Shown here: positions 24,270 to 36,956 of the stretch, in pieces
How the letters are laid out: each line of letters opens with the position of its first letter
Position numbering within the stretch: position 1 is the first letter of the stretch
Assembly (NCBI RefSeq): GCF_018977255.1
Contig: NW_024704742.1
Span: 99,946,001 to 100,010,000, forward strand
DNA from: Callorhinchus milii
Taxonomy: Eukaryota
Direction of reading: 5' to 3'
DNA: 64,000 bases
Notes under the pieces: model-generated
Told to the model about the DNA's origin: nothing
Database searches by the model: none
The model's input: only the letters and a program-made list of their open reading frames with translations
Position numbers and translations under genes: made by a program

Positions 24270-24622
24270 ACTAATAATAATCATTACATTTGACATAATG
24301 CCTTTCGCTGGTACATATACTTATAAATACAGTCAATTTGTAGAAAGCAAAGTCCCACAAACAGCTGTGAAGTGAATCACCAATTTTAGTTGGGAGATTG
24401 TGGCCAACCCAGGTCAGCAGGTAAAATTCCCTTCTTACAAATAGTGCCATGAGGTCTCTAACATTCGCATGAACAGGCAGACAGGACTTTGGTTTGGAGT
24501 CTGATCTGAAGGATGGCATCAACAATGTAGCTCAAAGAGTGTAATGCTAGACTTGAGAGTTCAAAGTCTCGACTTCAAGCTTGATCCACAGAGTGAGAAT
24601 ACTTCCAACTGAGCCAGGCTGA
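24270..24622 (-). mobile_element. DeuSINE-type SINE
   Basis: AATAGTGCCATGAGGTCT..GAACAGGCAGACAGGAC..TCTGAAGGATGGC and terminal CAACTGAGCCAGGCTGA. A further partial copy follows at ~24630-24930. Confidence 0.78.
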
Positions 24623-25784
24623 AATTTGAATATCTCAAAGTGTTTCACCGGTAAATACTGTCCAGTGTAGTAATTGCTTTATAGGCAAACACAGCAGCCA
24701 TTTGCACCAGCATGGTCTCACATACAGCAATGGGTTGAATGGTCAATTTTATCTGGATGTTTGATGACCAGAACACTGGGAGAAATTCCTGCCTCTTTGC
24801 GAATAGGTTCTTCAATACCTGAAGTCTATGCAGATGGAGCCTCAGTCACACATCTCATCCAATGATGTGGCCTTTCCCAGCATTGGAATGAAGTGCTAGT
24901 GTTTGGATTGTGAACTCACATCCCTGACATGGGGAGTTGTGCTGGAATTGGCTTTGATGTGGTGCCATGATTCCATCAGGAAAAAGAGTGGGCAACATTT
25001 TTCCCTCTCTTCCTTTTTACTTAAAATCGTCCCTGGCATATGGTCAAAATATAATGTAGAACATGTTTACAAACAGACCAGCTTAGATTGCAGACTGATA
25101 GACTCTCCCTTTAGCAGTTAATACCCCATTGTGCCCCAGTGAAACATGCCTTCCGCTCCATTCAGGACGTGTATTTATGGCAACAGCTTGGGATCATCTG
25201 TCCTGTCAAACGGGGGAGAGTGGGGCTGGCACCCCATGAAATTATTTCCTTCATTCTTCCCAACTCCTTCATTTTCAAAGAGATGCTTGTGTAATTTGCT
25301 TTTACCAATTGCTTTCCATATCCTGTGGTTAACCTTCAAACAGAACTGGGGGCTAATGCATTCCATCAGCCGTTCCCTCCATCAGGCTATTTACAGAAAA
25401 GCATTATAACGTGTGTTTTTTTTTGCTCAGTACATACCATGTATAAGCTTTGTACACTGGCAAAACATCACTGTGTAATAATTCAGGTTGAGAGGATGGA
25501 CAGTTTGTGAATTATTTGACATGCTCCACTAATATTTCAACAGAATGGATAAGCCAGTTGGAGTTACATGGTGTTGATATGTGTCAAAGTATCCTAAAGG
25601 GCTTTAGATTAATCAATGTCAGCAGTGAATTCGTCCATACAATGCAACAGACCCGCCAGAGCTACAGTGAAATTTGTAGCATCAATACATTTGTCGTTCT
25701 TCATATTATTGCCTAACTCTGACGTATCAATATAGTTTTTTCTTCTTCTTTTCTATCACTCCTCCTCTTCCCAGAATCATAAAA

Positions 25785-26141
25785 ATAATCCTTGCATTTC
25801 ATACGGCACCATACTATGAACCCTGCAGCTAATTCACACACTTGTCCAACAAACAGCTGTTAAGTGAATAACTAATTTTATCTGGACGATTGTTGGCCAG
25901 AATATCAGGAGGAATTCCCTCCTGTTTTCAAATATTCCCATGTGATCTCTAACTCTACCAGCAGAAGGAACCTTGGTTTAATGTCTTTTCCAAAGGGCAG
26001 TACCTCCAACAATGCAGAGTTCCCCCAGCACTACATTTTGTGTCAACATAGACTATGATTTCAAAATCCACCATGTGTGGCTTGAACCCACAACCTTCCA
26101 ACTCAGTGGCAAGAATGCTACCAATTGAGCCACGCTGACAC
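25785..26141 (-). mobile_element. DeuSINE-type SINE
   Basis: Tail TAATCCTTGCATTT and head GGCTTGAACCCACAACCTTCCAACTCAG..GCTACCAATTGAGCCACGCTGAC. Confidence 0.78.
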
Positions 26142-26264
26142 TAGCTTGAGAGGATAAATAAAAAATAGCTCCAAAAAGATCCTCTCAATCCAATTCTACT
26201 GCAATGGGCTTTGGTGGTGGTGGTAGGGGGGGCTAGAAGGGCAAGAATGAACAAGGAAGAACAA

Positions 26265-26495
26265 TACTTTCAGATGTGTCAAGGCAACAGGCTAAGAGGG
26301 CATAAGTTCTGGAATGTGAAAGGCAACTTTAGGACAGACACGAGAATGCAATTCTTCACACGGAGCACGATTAACAACCGCAACAAATTACCCGAAAAGG
26401 CAGTCGAAGCCAGAAAGCTGAACTAATTGAATAAGTTTTTATGATGTGATGGGAAGACAGTAGGGTGGGTATTCTGAAAGAATGAGATGGCCAAA
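26265..26495 (+). mobile_element. old CR1 3' fragment
   Basis: RLRGHKFWNVKGNFRTDTRMQFFTRSTINNRNKLPEKAVEA matches the CR1 ORF2 C-terminus (compare TRGHNPK..FRTELRKNFFTQRVVNGWNLLP at ~13680). Confidence 0.8.
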
Positions 26496-26510
26496 GAGGT
26501 TGGATTTTGT

Positions 26511-26581
26511 CCTGCCGGGAATCAAACACAAGTCTCTCGCTTGCGAGGGGAGTGCTCTAACCACTGAGCTACAGGACTCCA
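26511..26581 (-). mobile_element. isolated tRNA-SINE head
   Basis: Reverse complement of 9083-9152. Confidence 0.85.
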
Positions 26582-27199
26582 TTATGGTGATCTATCCAGT
26601 TTGAGTGAGTATCAGTACTCCCAGACCAGTAGAAACTCTGTGCATACTGCAATATCTTAAGATCCATTTACAGAATGGCAACTCGAAAATCTGCTTTCAT
26701 TAACCAGTTAAAACAGTGAGGTGAAAAATGTGATATGAGGATGATGATTCACTTAGTATCAGCTAGTCTCTGGTGTACTCCCCCACCACCTGACATAGTC
26801 ACAATATTTGGGCCTGGAGCTAGTCTGCAGCCAGCATTAAATTTGCCTTTCCAGAGATCTGAGTGTGTGTGTGTGTGTGCTTGTGTCGGTGGTGGGGGGC
26901 GGTGCAGTTCTAGGATTACTAGCTTAACTAAACTTTAAAAACTTTTAAACTTTTGAATGAAACGTTATTCCAAGATCAGTGGAGATCACAGGCCAGATTT
27001 CTCCACCTCTGTCTCCCACACATCCAAAGTTACCCTCTCACTGTTCGTATCACGCAAGATCTTTACATCTCCCAAGATCTCCATTTCCGGCACAGACATA
27101 TTTTCCTCACTTCTCACAACACCCCCCTGAAGCTATACTCGCTACCACCTCGATCCAGCTCTGAAGAAAACATCTTCTCTGTTCTCTCTCCCTTTTCAA

Positions 27200-27430
27200 C
27201 AATAACAACAACTTACATTAATATAGCTCTCTTTGGTGCCTGAAACCAAGCTGGGATAGAGTCTGAAGCTGACTTCAGACATGGTCAAGGTTAAAGATGC
27301 AAACTGGATGGGCAGAGAGGCATGCAAAGCCGAGGAATTGAGACAAAGAGTTCCAGAGATTTAGAGCACAGTGGCTAAAAGTACGGCTGACGATTGTGCA
27401 GCGGAGGTGATGAGGGTTGTGCATAAGGCC
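27200..27430 (-). mobile_element. old L2 3' remnant
   Basis: ACAACAACTTACATT tail and minus-strand TIVSRTFSHCALNLWNSL. Confidence 0.6.
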
Positions 27431-30340
27431 TACATACTTATCCCAACTCAACAATGGCAATGGGGAGAGGAGAAGTTGACAATAAATCTGAATGTAACTA
27501 AGATAGAAACCATGAAAATGAAGAAACCAATAAAAGAAACTCAGTTTAACCCATTGAGAAAAGTATACAGAGCAAAGCACATGTAAGTGGAAGGAGGTGG
27601 AGATCTTGCAAACAATGACAAGAAAGGCTTTAAATTAACTGCTTAGAAATCATGGTTGTCTGGATACCAGGGCAACAAAAATTTGGTTATGCCAGCCCTG
27701 GCTGTTCTAAGTAATTAAATGGCACTCTGATTCAGGGAAACAAGTAGATTTCTCATTGGGACAAAGACCACACAGAGATATCTTCAAAGCTTACAAGTCA
27801 CTAATTTCCTTATTAGATTTTCTGGTGCAACAGGGAGGTTTGCCAAACACTTTTTTAATCAATTGAGTGGCCTTTTTAAAAAAAAAGTCATATATAGGTA
27901 GGTTGAACACTAGTTGATTCTGTGTCCAAATGAGCAAAGTTACCAATGTAATAAATGCCAGATAACTTAAAGTTTATAAATCCTTATTTGAAACCATTTT
28001 TAGTTTCTTCTTCACAGTTGCACACAGGAACAAGAGCATAGAAGGTAGTAGAAAGGTCCCTGCCACCAAACTGTCCTGCCTATCCCTCTGATGAGCTTTC
28101 TCCTGACAACCAGCCATCTCACAAGATGCATTTTAAAATTAACTTGAAAATGATAAAGATTATTTTTTAATTTGTTTTTATTTTCCTTGCTAATTTTCAC
28201 TAAACTGATTTTGACATCCCCTCCCTCAGTCAATTTTATGAGATTGTCCTCTTTACTGTTAATTATAAGACACCTTATACAGTATTTGATAGAATGCTTT
28301 TCACATCAGGAGGACATAGCAAAGTGCTACTCTGAAGTGCAGTGAATGTGATGGGACCTTGATTTAATGCAAATAGCATGCCCCCCAGGACTGCATCGGC
28401 ATGTCATCCTAGACTATATGAGTTCAAAGTCCTAAAATGAGGCTTTGAACCCACAAGGGTGTGATTCAAAGGCAAGAGTGCTACCAGCTGAGCCAGGCTG
28501 CTACTACTGCAATTAGAATCAACTGTTTTACAAACAAAATCAGCTTGTCTCCATTTGTAATTTGGTCGAAAATGTCTTTTAAAATGTTTTGGGAGGAGAT
28601 GTACGGTTTCAGTCTCAGAACTAACATTTGCAGACAACTGCCGGCATATTTTTTTAATTACAAATATAACAAACCTATAAAGCCTAATACTTAGTAATAA
28701 TGAATGTACTGCTCTATAAAAAATGAAATGTCTATAATATTTCACTTCCTATTCTGCTTGCTTTTATTTTTGTATTGTAAAAGATTCATAATTGATAGAA
28801 ACACAGTAATGACACGTTACTTTAATGGAACATTTTAACAGTCAATAAAACGTTACAGCAAATAGGCATGAATTGCATGAATTTATATTTTTGTGCTAAA
28901 AATGCTCAATGTTACAGTAGTTGGTGCAGTATCCGTTAAGGAAAGTGGTATCACTAAAATGATAAGGTGGCACATTCCCCATGACCAGTTTGTTTAGCAA
29001 TGGATGGGTGATGGGAGAATGATTTGCACCAACACACTCAATTTGTATATCCGTCATCTAAAGGTCAATTTATTAAAGGGCTGCGTGACGCAGGGTTGTT
29101 AGGAAAAGCAACGGTCCAGTTCTGTGCGTGTGAAATGTCTACTCACTGTTGCTTACTAAGCAGGAATAAATTCTGCCTGAATGTTTGTCAGCGAGGAAAT
29201 TAAATGACTGGTTGACAGAGCAGAGTGCTGCTGCTGCTGTACAGAAAATGAATCAGCCATTGAAATGGATGAGTTCACCACTGCCATCTCGAATCAGCTC
29301 ACTCCAGAGCCACTGGGATTATGGCTTCGCTTTGCCCCTTGTGATTTCAGAGTCGCATTCCGCACTGAATGCATAACATAGCAGACATGATAATTAGCTA
29401 ATAAAGGTAATTAGGGTGATATAAATACAGCAGGAGTACCTGAAATTCTTCATTTGAAATTTCTTGTGCTATTTGTTTGTAATCCCAATGTTTCAAGTTT
29501 ACTTACATTGAAGTGTAATATTAATTTCCCGATGAGATACTCTGAATCCTCGCCAGACTTCAATGTGTTCAGTATAATTGCTTATCTTCAGATCTCGGTG
29601 TCAGATTGACTGTCATCTTCTTCTGGGACTATTCTCTTTGGCACAAAGCATCAGCTGTTAATAGATATTGGCAGGAACTGATAAAACAAATTCCCTTCAC
29701 ACAGCTGAGCATCTGAAATATCCAAGGAAGAAAGGGCTGAGTTTGCGCCTGTGAACTTCGGCTCCTGGGTAGCCTGCATTTCTTTGAGGTTCAAAAATGA
29801 AAACAATATTCTGTTTGATAAGCAATAACTGAAAATGCACTTGCTTCTCACTTTACAGAGCTGTTTATCTGGATAAAATTCTGCACAATATCAAGTTTTA
29901 ACATCTGACTATAGTGCAGATTGATGATCAAGACTTTAATATTTAAGCACAGCAGTTCAAATGCCTGTGAACTGCAAAGCATGGACATACATTATGTGAC
30001 CACAGACCGTTCAATGTCAAAGAGCAGCAGATATACCATTGTACTTGCCAATAACCCTTGCACTTCATACACCACCTTGCCCGTTGCAATGACATCTCAA
30101 AGCGCTTCATAGGATTCACTGTAAAGTGCACTGGCTGAGTATTTTGCAGGTAAACGTGGCAATCATTTTGTGTTCAGCAATATGAAGTAAATGATCAATT
30201 TTATTTGGGGAATTGTTGGCCAGGATACTGGGAAAAATTCCCTTCTCTTTTCAAATAGTGTCAAGGGATCTTTAACATCCATTTCTGGTCCATATATGGT
30301 AACATCACAAAAGTCCCAAATACCTTTGTCATAGCCTAAG

Positions 30341-30785
30341 AACAACAACAACAAGATTACATTTGTATAGTGCCTTTCATGTCGGGAGGACGTCCCAAGG
30401 TGCTAGACAGAGTACAGCATTTCAGACCAGAGCTGGGGCCGCGGGGGGGGGGGGGGGGAAGGGGTGCGGTCGCTGGCATGGTCGAAGAGGAAGGTCTTGA
30501 GGCAGGACTTGAAGAAGGCTAAGGAGGGGGCGAGGTTGGGGGCATAGTGGCTGAAGGCTCTCCCGCCAATGGTGGGGTGGGTAGGTTGGGGGACGTGGAG
30601 CAGGCTGGAACCAGCTGAGCGGAGGGAATGGGCGGGTTGGTAGGGTGGTTAGGAGGTCACAGAGGTAGGGTGGGGCGAGGCCATGGAGGGCTTTGTATGT
30701 AAGAACCAGGATCTTGAACTGGATCCTCTGAAGGATAGGGAGCCAAAGGAGTCAAGCGAGAGTGGGGGTGATGAGGTCAAGGCGT
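30341..30785 (-). mobile_element. L2 3' fragment containing a 16-nt G homopolymer (30443-30458)
   Basis: (AAC)n tail, stem-loop GCCTTTCATGTCGGGAGGACGTCCCAAGGTGCT and GATCTTGAACTGGATCCTCTG (QRIQFKI). Confidence 0.92.
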
Positions 30786-32569
30786 TTGAATTTAAACAAT
30801 TTTATTTTAAATTTTAATTTTAAATTTCAAAGACTTTTAAAATTTAAAATTTTACTTTAATTTTAAAGACTTGCCTTAAAATTTAAGATCATACATATTT
30901 GTGGAAAATTCTTAAATTCAGTCCCAATTTGGAGGCCGGTATTTCACAGTCTTTAAAAACAACCGTATACCCATAGACATGTTAATTACCCTGTGACTCA
31001 AATAAATTCTTATTCCTTTTCTGCTGAATGCAAACTATTACACAGTTCAGCACATGGATAAAAAACAGTCCAGCAAAATGCAGGATATTGTCAAATCCAA
31101 GGCTTCCTGGTTCTATCGGTTGGCATCAGCCTGACACCCAGCCATACTTCCAGACCATAGCAGTCTCTAAACGATGCTATAATTATGTTGTGCAAGCCAA
31201 CACCATCCAGTAGTAAATTAACAGTTGTTGAAATCAGCCATTTTTTGTGGTAAGATGTCAGAGAAATCCAAAAATAGTTGTGGGATATTGGTGTGATTTG
31301 CAACATTCAGAAGCCACCCACAGGAAATAGAAATTCAAGTAGTTTATTGTTGTAAGGCAGCGTCTGATATTTGAGAACACCTTCATCTTATTATCTCTTT
31401 CTCTCTCTCTCATACTCAGCTCCTTGCACTTCAGAACACTGCCCCCTCAGAGGTTTTCTGCTTAAAACTATTGAAATGTATCATTTCTCAAACTGGGATA
31501 AGCCTCCATGGCACCTAGCCAACAAAGCAGGGGAAAATTGTTTTAAGCCTTGGTTTGACAATGCTACCTGCAGTGCTGATGATAAGCATTGCCCTTAGCA
31601 GGCAATAACTGCACTGTGAAAACTGTGGTAATATAATAGTGCAGCAATATTCATATTGAACAGTGAATAAATAAAGTCAATTTAATTGCAAAGTAAGGCA
31701 GGCGATTTCCTCTGCTGGTAGTAACTGGAAATGGTGATGTTTAGCCTGAGTTTCTATTACCTTGTCATACAGTAGTAAAAATACATGACCACCAGGTTGC
31801 AATCTCAACCTTTGAGTGCTCACAGTGGTGACTTAGCCCCATTCCAGGCAGGAAGGAGAGCAGATCGTACGATAGCTCTTGCTGACTTGCTTTTGTGTCT
31901 GCTGATACTACAGTACCAACAGCAGAACCAAGAATGACTAAAATATTCTCTCTTACCTACAATATGGTAATTGCTTTCTTGAACATGGAGTAGATCCATC
32001 CTGAATGTAGCCTGGAGGCCTCTCTTTAAGCTTTATAATATGGTACTTAACATCAAGATCGAAAGTAAGGCAACTTAAAAGAATAAATGTTGAAACAGTC
32101 TGTGTAGCTCTCAGGTGACCTGTGTGCACATTGCCCACTATTAAAGAGCTGAGTGAAGTGGGGATTGGTGGAGCTGTGATCTCCTCTGTTACCGTCACTT
32201 AGGTTGTCTTTCTACCTATCCCCCGACACTGCCTCCAGTCGTGCTCTATCCTCCTCTGAAGAAACCACACACAGTCATATATATCTGAAAGAAAATTTCA
32301 AATGTGGTAGCCCAAAGAGAAATGTTGACATGATGGACATAAGAAGAATAAGACTATATTTGCTGGGCTTTGTAAACAATACACTCCTGTCAGACACATT
32401 TAACTTCACAGCCACAGTAGACATGTATGTTCAACCTGTCCATCAGTTTTCTATATTACATTTGCGTCCAAAGAGGTATTGAGAAGTGAGCAAAATGCCT
32501 GGTTTGAAAAAGTAAAAATACAATAAAGCGGCGTTGCTTTAACAGCAGGAATTTCCTTTATATATTCCA

Positions 32570-32725
32570 GACACAGCAAGGACATGAAGCAACTGTTTCA
32601 GGGTCGTAAACGACAATTTTAGAATAGACTTTACACAGAGAGTAGTCAATAGCTGGAATGGATGACCAGGATGGTGGTAGAGGTCAGACCACTGGAATTA
32701 TTTGAGATACAATGGGGGAAGCTGT
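32570..32725 (+). mobile_element. old CR1 3' remnant
   Basis: CAAGGACATG...TTTACACAGAGAGTAGTCAATAGCTGGAATGGAT (FTQRVVNSWNG). Confidence 0.65.
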
Positions 32726-32896
32726 TATGTGGGAAATTGTACATTTGACATTCTGGAAGACCAATATCAAAACAACCAATGGTTTTCTACATGTGAACTT
32801 CTCTTGTGATCTGAGTTGGAGGAGAATAGTGTTGAGAAGAAAGTTACGACCTTTCGAAAGGGAACAGGTGCAAAGATCAACCAGGTATGAGCAGGT

Positions 32897-33285
32897 AATA
32901 ATCCTTTCATTTGATATAGCACTTTTGGGAGGATGTCTCAAGGCACTCCACAAGACATAATGTAATGACTGTGTATTTTGCAGGTGAGAGCAACAGTCAA
33001 TTTGCGCACAGAAATGTCACTGATGAAGGAAGACCTATATTATCCGGGTGATTGTTGTCACCAGGAGAAACTCCCTTCACTATTCAAAAGGTGAATATAA
33101 TCTTTCAACTCCACCTGAACAGGCAGATTGAATCTCAGTTTAGTGTCTCATCTGAAACACAGTACAACAATGCAGCGTATTGGAGTGTCGACCTAGACTG
33201 TGAGTTCAAAGTCCTGATGTGGGGCTTGAACCGACAATCTTCTGGCTCAGACAAATGTGCTACAAAACTAAGCCAGGTTGAAACC
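32897..33285 (-). mobile_element. DeuSINE-type SINE
   Basis: CCACCTGAACAGGCAGAT..CTCAGTTTAGTGTCTCATCTGAAA core and GGGGCTTGAACC..CTTCTGGCTCAG head. Confidence 0.8.
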
Positions 33286-33417
33286 TAATCAGAGCCACCA
33301 GGCTCATTTTCAAGATTCCTTTTTTCTCACATACATCTGGGATCATATCACAGCTTGTAACTAGATGGATTCTGTTGGGGCCAAAATTTCTCATGTTCTT
33401 CAGCGTAATTTAAGATG

Positions 33418-33572
33418 GTGCAGAATTTTGAAAAGCGGTCTTAAATTTTGGAAAGCAGTCTTAAAATCAATCTAAATTTAGAAGATAACTTTCTCCAGTT
33501 CATTTTTGGTACCGTGGGAAATCAGCTTTTAATTTAAGACTGAATTTAAGCCTGTTTTGCAAAATCCTGCAC
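33418..33572. repeat. palindromic MITE-like repeat (same family as 10253)
   Basis: GTGCAGAATTTTG...CAAAATCCTGCAC termini; internal CAGTCTTAAA / TTTAAGACTG. Confidence 0.65.
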
Positions 33573-35519
33573 AATTTTGAGAACATGAGGAATGACGGGC
33601 TCAGGAAAGAAACAGCTTGAATTGATTCAGCGGGTGAGCACATAACTAAATTGTTGCTTATAAAGGATTTCAATACAGGCAGATCATGATAGCAAAACTG
33701 CTTGAATGACCAGATATGAAACATACAGGGATTAATCAATCACCGCGTGTCAAGCTCCAGCACAATCTCAGTCAAGGTACCAAAAAGCTCTGAACAAATT
33801 GTTCCCTCTCACCCGACTCCGGGACACAACCCTATGTAACGGCCGCTATATAAATGCAAGTTGTTGTTGTAGACTGTCCAATGCATCGCACAAGCCAACT
33901 TTGTGTCCTACTTTGGGTCCACAGACCAGTTGAAGCCTTTAATTAACAACAGAGTGGAATGTTCAATAATGTGATAATTCATGGGTGTTAATTTTCAATC
34001 CATTATTTCCAGCATCTATCGCTACTGACTGTAATAAGACCAGTCAGGGCTCCAAACCTGCTATGTACATGACAAGCTTAGCCACTATGTAGAAACACAT
34101 GAGCAGTTCCATGGATATTTGGTGAGTTTGAGCAAGACACTGCTGGACTATTTAGACTATTTAGGTAGATTACTCCTCTACAATTCCCTCTGAGGAGCAG
34201 TGAACCCATTCAAAGTATGTGGCAATGTATAATTTTCGCTGGAATGCTGAGAGCAAATGAAGGTTTCAGGAAATGCTTTGCCACCACTTGTTTATGTAAT
34301 TAGAGTATGGGTAAAATAGGTGTTTGATAAAAAGAAATGCCCTAAGGCAATCTTGCTACAGTATTAGCTTTAAGAAGTAATTGAGGTTGTGGCCTCTGAA
34401 CTGCAAATGGAACAGCAAGGCTGAAGCAAAAGGACGTACAGCTTGGAATGAAAGGATCTTGTATTGTGTTCTAGGCTGTAACATGCTGAGTAGCTTTAGT
34501 ATCTGTATTTTCTGTGTAGCAAGTAAATCAACCTATCAATAAAATCCATATGACTACTTAGACAGACTTTATTCATCTCAATAAACAGGAATTTATTCAG
34601 ATTCATATTACTGTGCCAGGCAGGAATTTCTTTCTGTTGTTGGCCCTCAAGAGAGAAAAAAAATAATAAGATGTTTCTCTCTGCATGTAGTCAGGCTTGA
34701 TTGCCAGTGTTGAGTCTAGTATTCAGTAGTTCTTCTCTTTTAAAGGCACAAAGGATCTCTTCAGTGTCTCTGTTCTCCTTGGTGGACTTCTGAGTGAAAA
34801 TGTTTTCCAAGGAAACCATGAACACAGTCAAAGAGCTGTCAGATGACTGGGTCAAGGAGGTGAATTCAGACATTCAGGCATGATAAGCTCTTTCAACTCA
34901 GTCAGTAGAAATCTACAAGCATTCCACTCTGTTTGCAGGGGCCACTCACTCATCATGGAACCAGTTTAATCATTTTTTTTGCATAAAGAGAGCAAAGGTA
35001 CTGTTTGTACAGTGCACGCAATGTTTTTCCGGAACAGTTGAATATTGTAGAAACCTGACATATCTATAACTCACTGTTTTGACAAGTGAGGGTCAAGAAA
35101 GTTCAAACCACCAGCCTCACAGAATGGAATTTAGCCCAATACTTTTCAATGCTTTCTTTGAAATCTTGAACAAAGTTTGGGGTGATTGTTAACGGGACTT
35201 GTTGAAGAATTAATTGGTGTGATTCACTCTGGTAGAGATGGTTAACTTGTACAGCAGGTAAAATGATGCCTGCAGTTTGACTTTAATGAAGAGGGGAGGG
35301 TGTGGAGAAGGAACTGTGATGTGATAATTATCACCCAACATAGCACATTGCTCCCTCCAACCTGCAATATTTTGGTATGCCCTTAGGCTTAATATGATGT
35401 TCAGAGCAAGTCAGATAAAAGGATCAGCTGTTTCAAACCATGCTTGGCCCCACAGAATTATTCTCTGCTACAGTTCTAAATATGCATTATATTAATTATA
35501 TTCAGATTACTAAACTATT

Positions 35520-35741
35520 GGAAAAGAGATGGTAGTTTCTCTTTCCCAGTATCCTGGTCATCAATCCCCCAAATAAAATTGGTCACTCATGTTATGGTCT
35601 GTTTGTGGGACATTGCTGTGCACAATTGTGCTGCCGCGTTTGCTTAAAAATACAGTCACTTCATTAAATCCTGTGAAGCGATTTGAAACGTCCTTCCGAC
35701 ATGTTAAGGCGCTATATCAAATGCAAAGATTATTATTATTA
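35520..35741 (+). mobile_element. SINE 3' half
   Basis: CCAGTATCCTGG..TGTGGGACATTGCTGTG..GGCGCTATATCAAATGCAAAGATTATTATT. Confidence 0.85.
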
Positions 35742-36304
35742 GAATTTACTGACTGGTAGCTGAGGCTAAACAGAAAATAGGAGATTGGATGATACAATGG
35801 TTACATTTCTACTCTACGTTCTGTATGAATGAAAATGGATTATTTCTTATAGAAGTTAAGTGCATTTAAGACCAATCCGCAATTCATTTCCCAGTGTATA
35901 AGAACCAATGGCTTAATTCTATTTTTCTTTCCTTTACATTATTTGTAAGGATTCAATCTGAGAGAGTAAAATAAATGGCTGAGACTGTCATTCTGGTATT
36001 GTGAGAGATAAACTCAGATTACTAAACCTCATTGAATGGGCAGTGTAGAGAGAAGTTTGAATTGCATCTGGAATGTGTCTATCTAACGAGTCCTCGATGG
36101 TAACATTGAGGGAATAAAGAGGGAATACAAAATCATAAAGCATTACTTTTATCACATTTATTCCAAAAATAAATAAAGAGAAAAAAGCAACAAAAATGAA
36201 TGCAGAATCTTGAAATTAAAATGGAAAGTTTTTTCATTTGACTTATGCACCTACAATCAGTATTTATTCAAGCCATTCACAGAAAGAGTGTATTCTGATG
36301 GTAC

Positions 36305-36956
36305 ATATTATTGCCAGCATTTAGGGTTAGTCATACATGATTAACTCAGCATGAATCATCAAGTGCCTTTAACTCCACCCCGGTGGTATTGAAAATGTGC
36401 TGGGTAGCAAAACAGCAGAGTAAATTGCATCCCCAGCTGGAAAAATTGCCTCGGGACTTAAAGTGTGTCTCCTACAGGGAACCCTATGAACATTACATGG
36501 GAACTTAGTTCCAACCACTGACAGATTCTGTTTTAGCATTTCTGTACTTGAACTGTTCTTCAGAAACTTGGTCCTACCTGTGATTACAGTATGAGGAAAA
36601 TGCAGCCTATTCAATTTCACATTAAGCTGAAGCACCGAGTTTGGGCACCACTTCTTTGGTGTAATTTTCTATGTTGCATCATGGAATGCTTTCATTCCTT
36701 TTGCAATGCTCACTTTCTGAGTTCCTAAAATAAACAGTTCTATTGAAAAGAACTCATAGAACAGCTATTGTTTGAGACAGCACAGTGTGTCCTCAATATA
36801 AAGCTGTTGAGAAATATTATTGACAGCATTTAGGGTTAGTTATATGTGATTAACTCAGCACAGAATCATCAAGAGCCTTTTACTCCAACCCAGTCACATT
36901 CAGAATGTATTTGGTAGCAAAACAGCAGAGTAAATGGTGTCTTCAACTGGAGAATT
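36305..36956. repeat. two diverged ~140-bp direct repeats (36305-36447 and 36814-36956)
   Basis: Both read ATATTATTG(C/A)CAGCATTTAGGGTTAGT...TGATTAACTCAGCA..GAATCATCAAG..GGTAGCAAAACAGCAGAGTAAAT...CTGG; offset 509 bp. Confidence 0.92.

Noticed and set aside
30443..30458. G16 run / G-quadruplex
   Set aside because: Slippage expansion inside the L2 3'UTR; homopolymer length is also error-prone.
30788..30890. AT-rich quasi-palindromic TTTAAAATTT repeats
   Set aside because: Low-complexity sequence with no defined element boundaries.
34691..34873. protein-like 60-aa minus-strand ORF or possible exon
   Set aside because: I could not identify a family or convincing splice sites; it needs a BLASTX check.
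36321..36330. TTAGGGTTAG as an interstitial telomere
   Set aside because: Fewer than two units; it is part of the 140-bp duplicated element.
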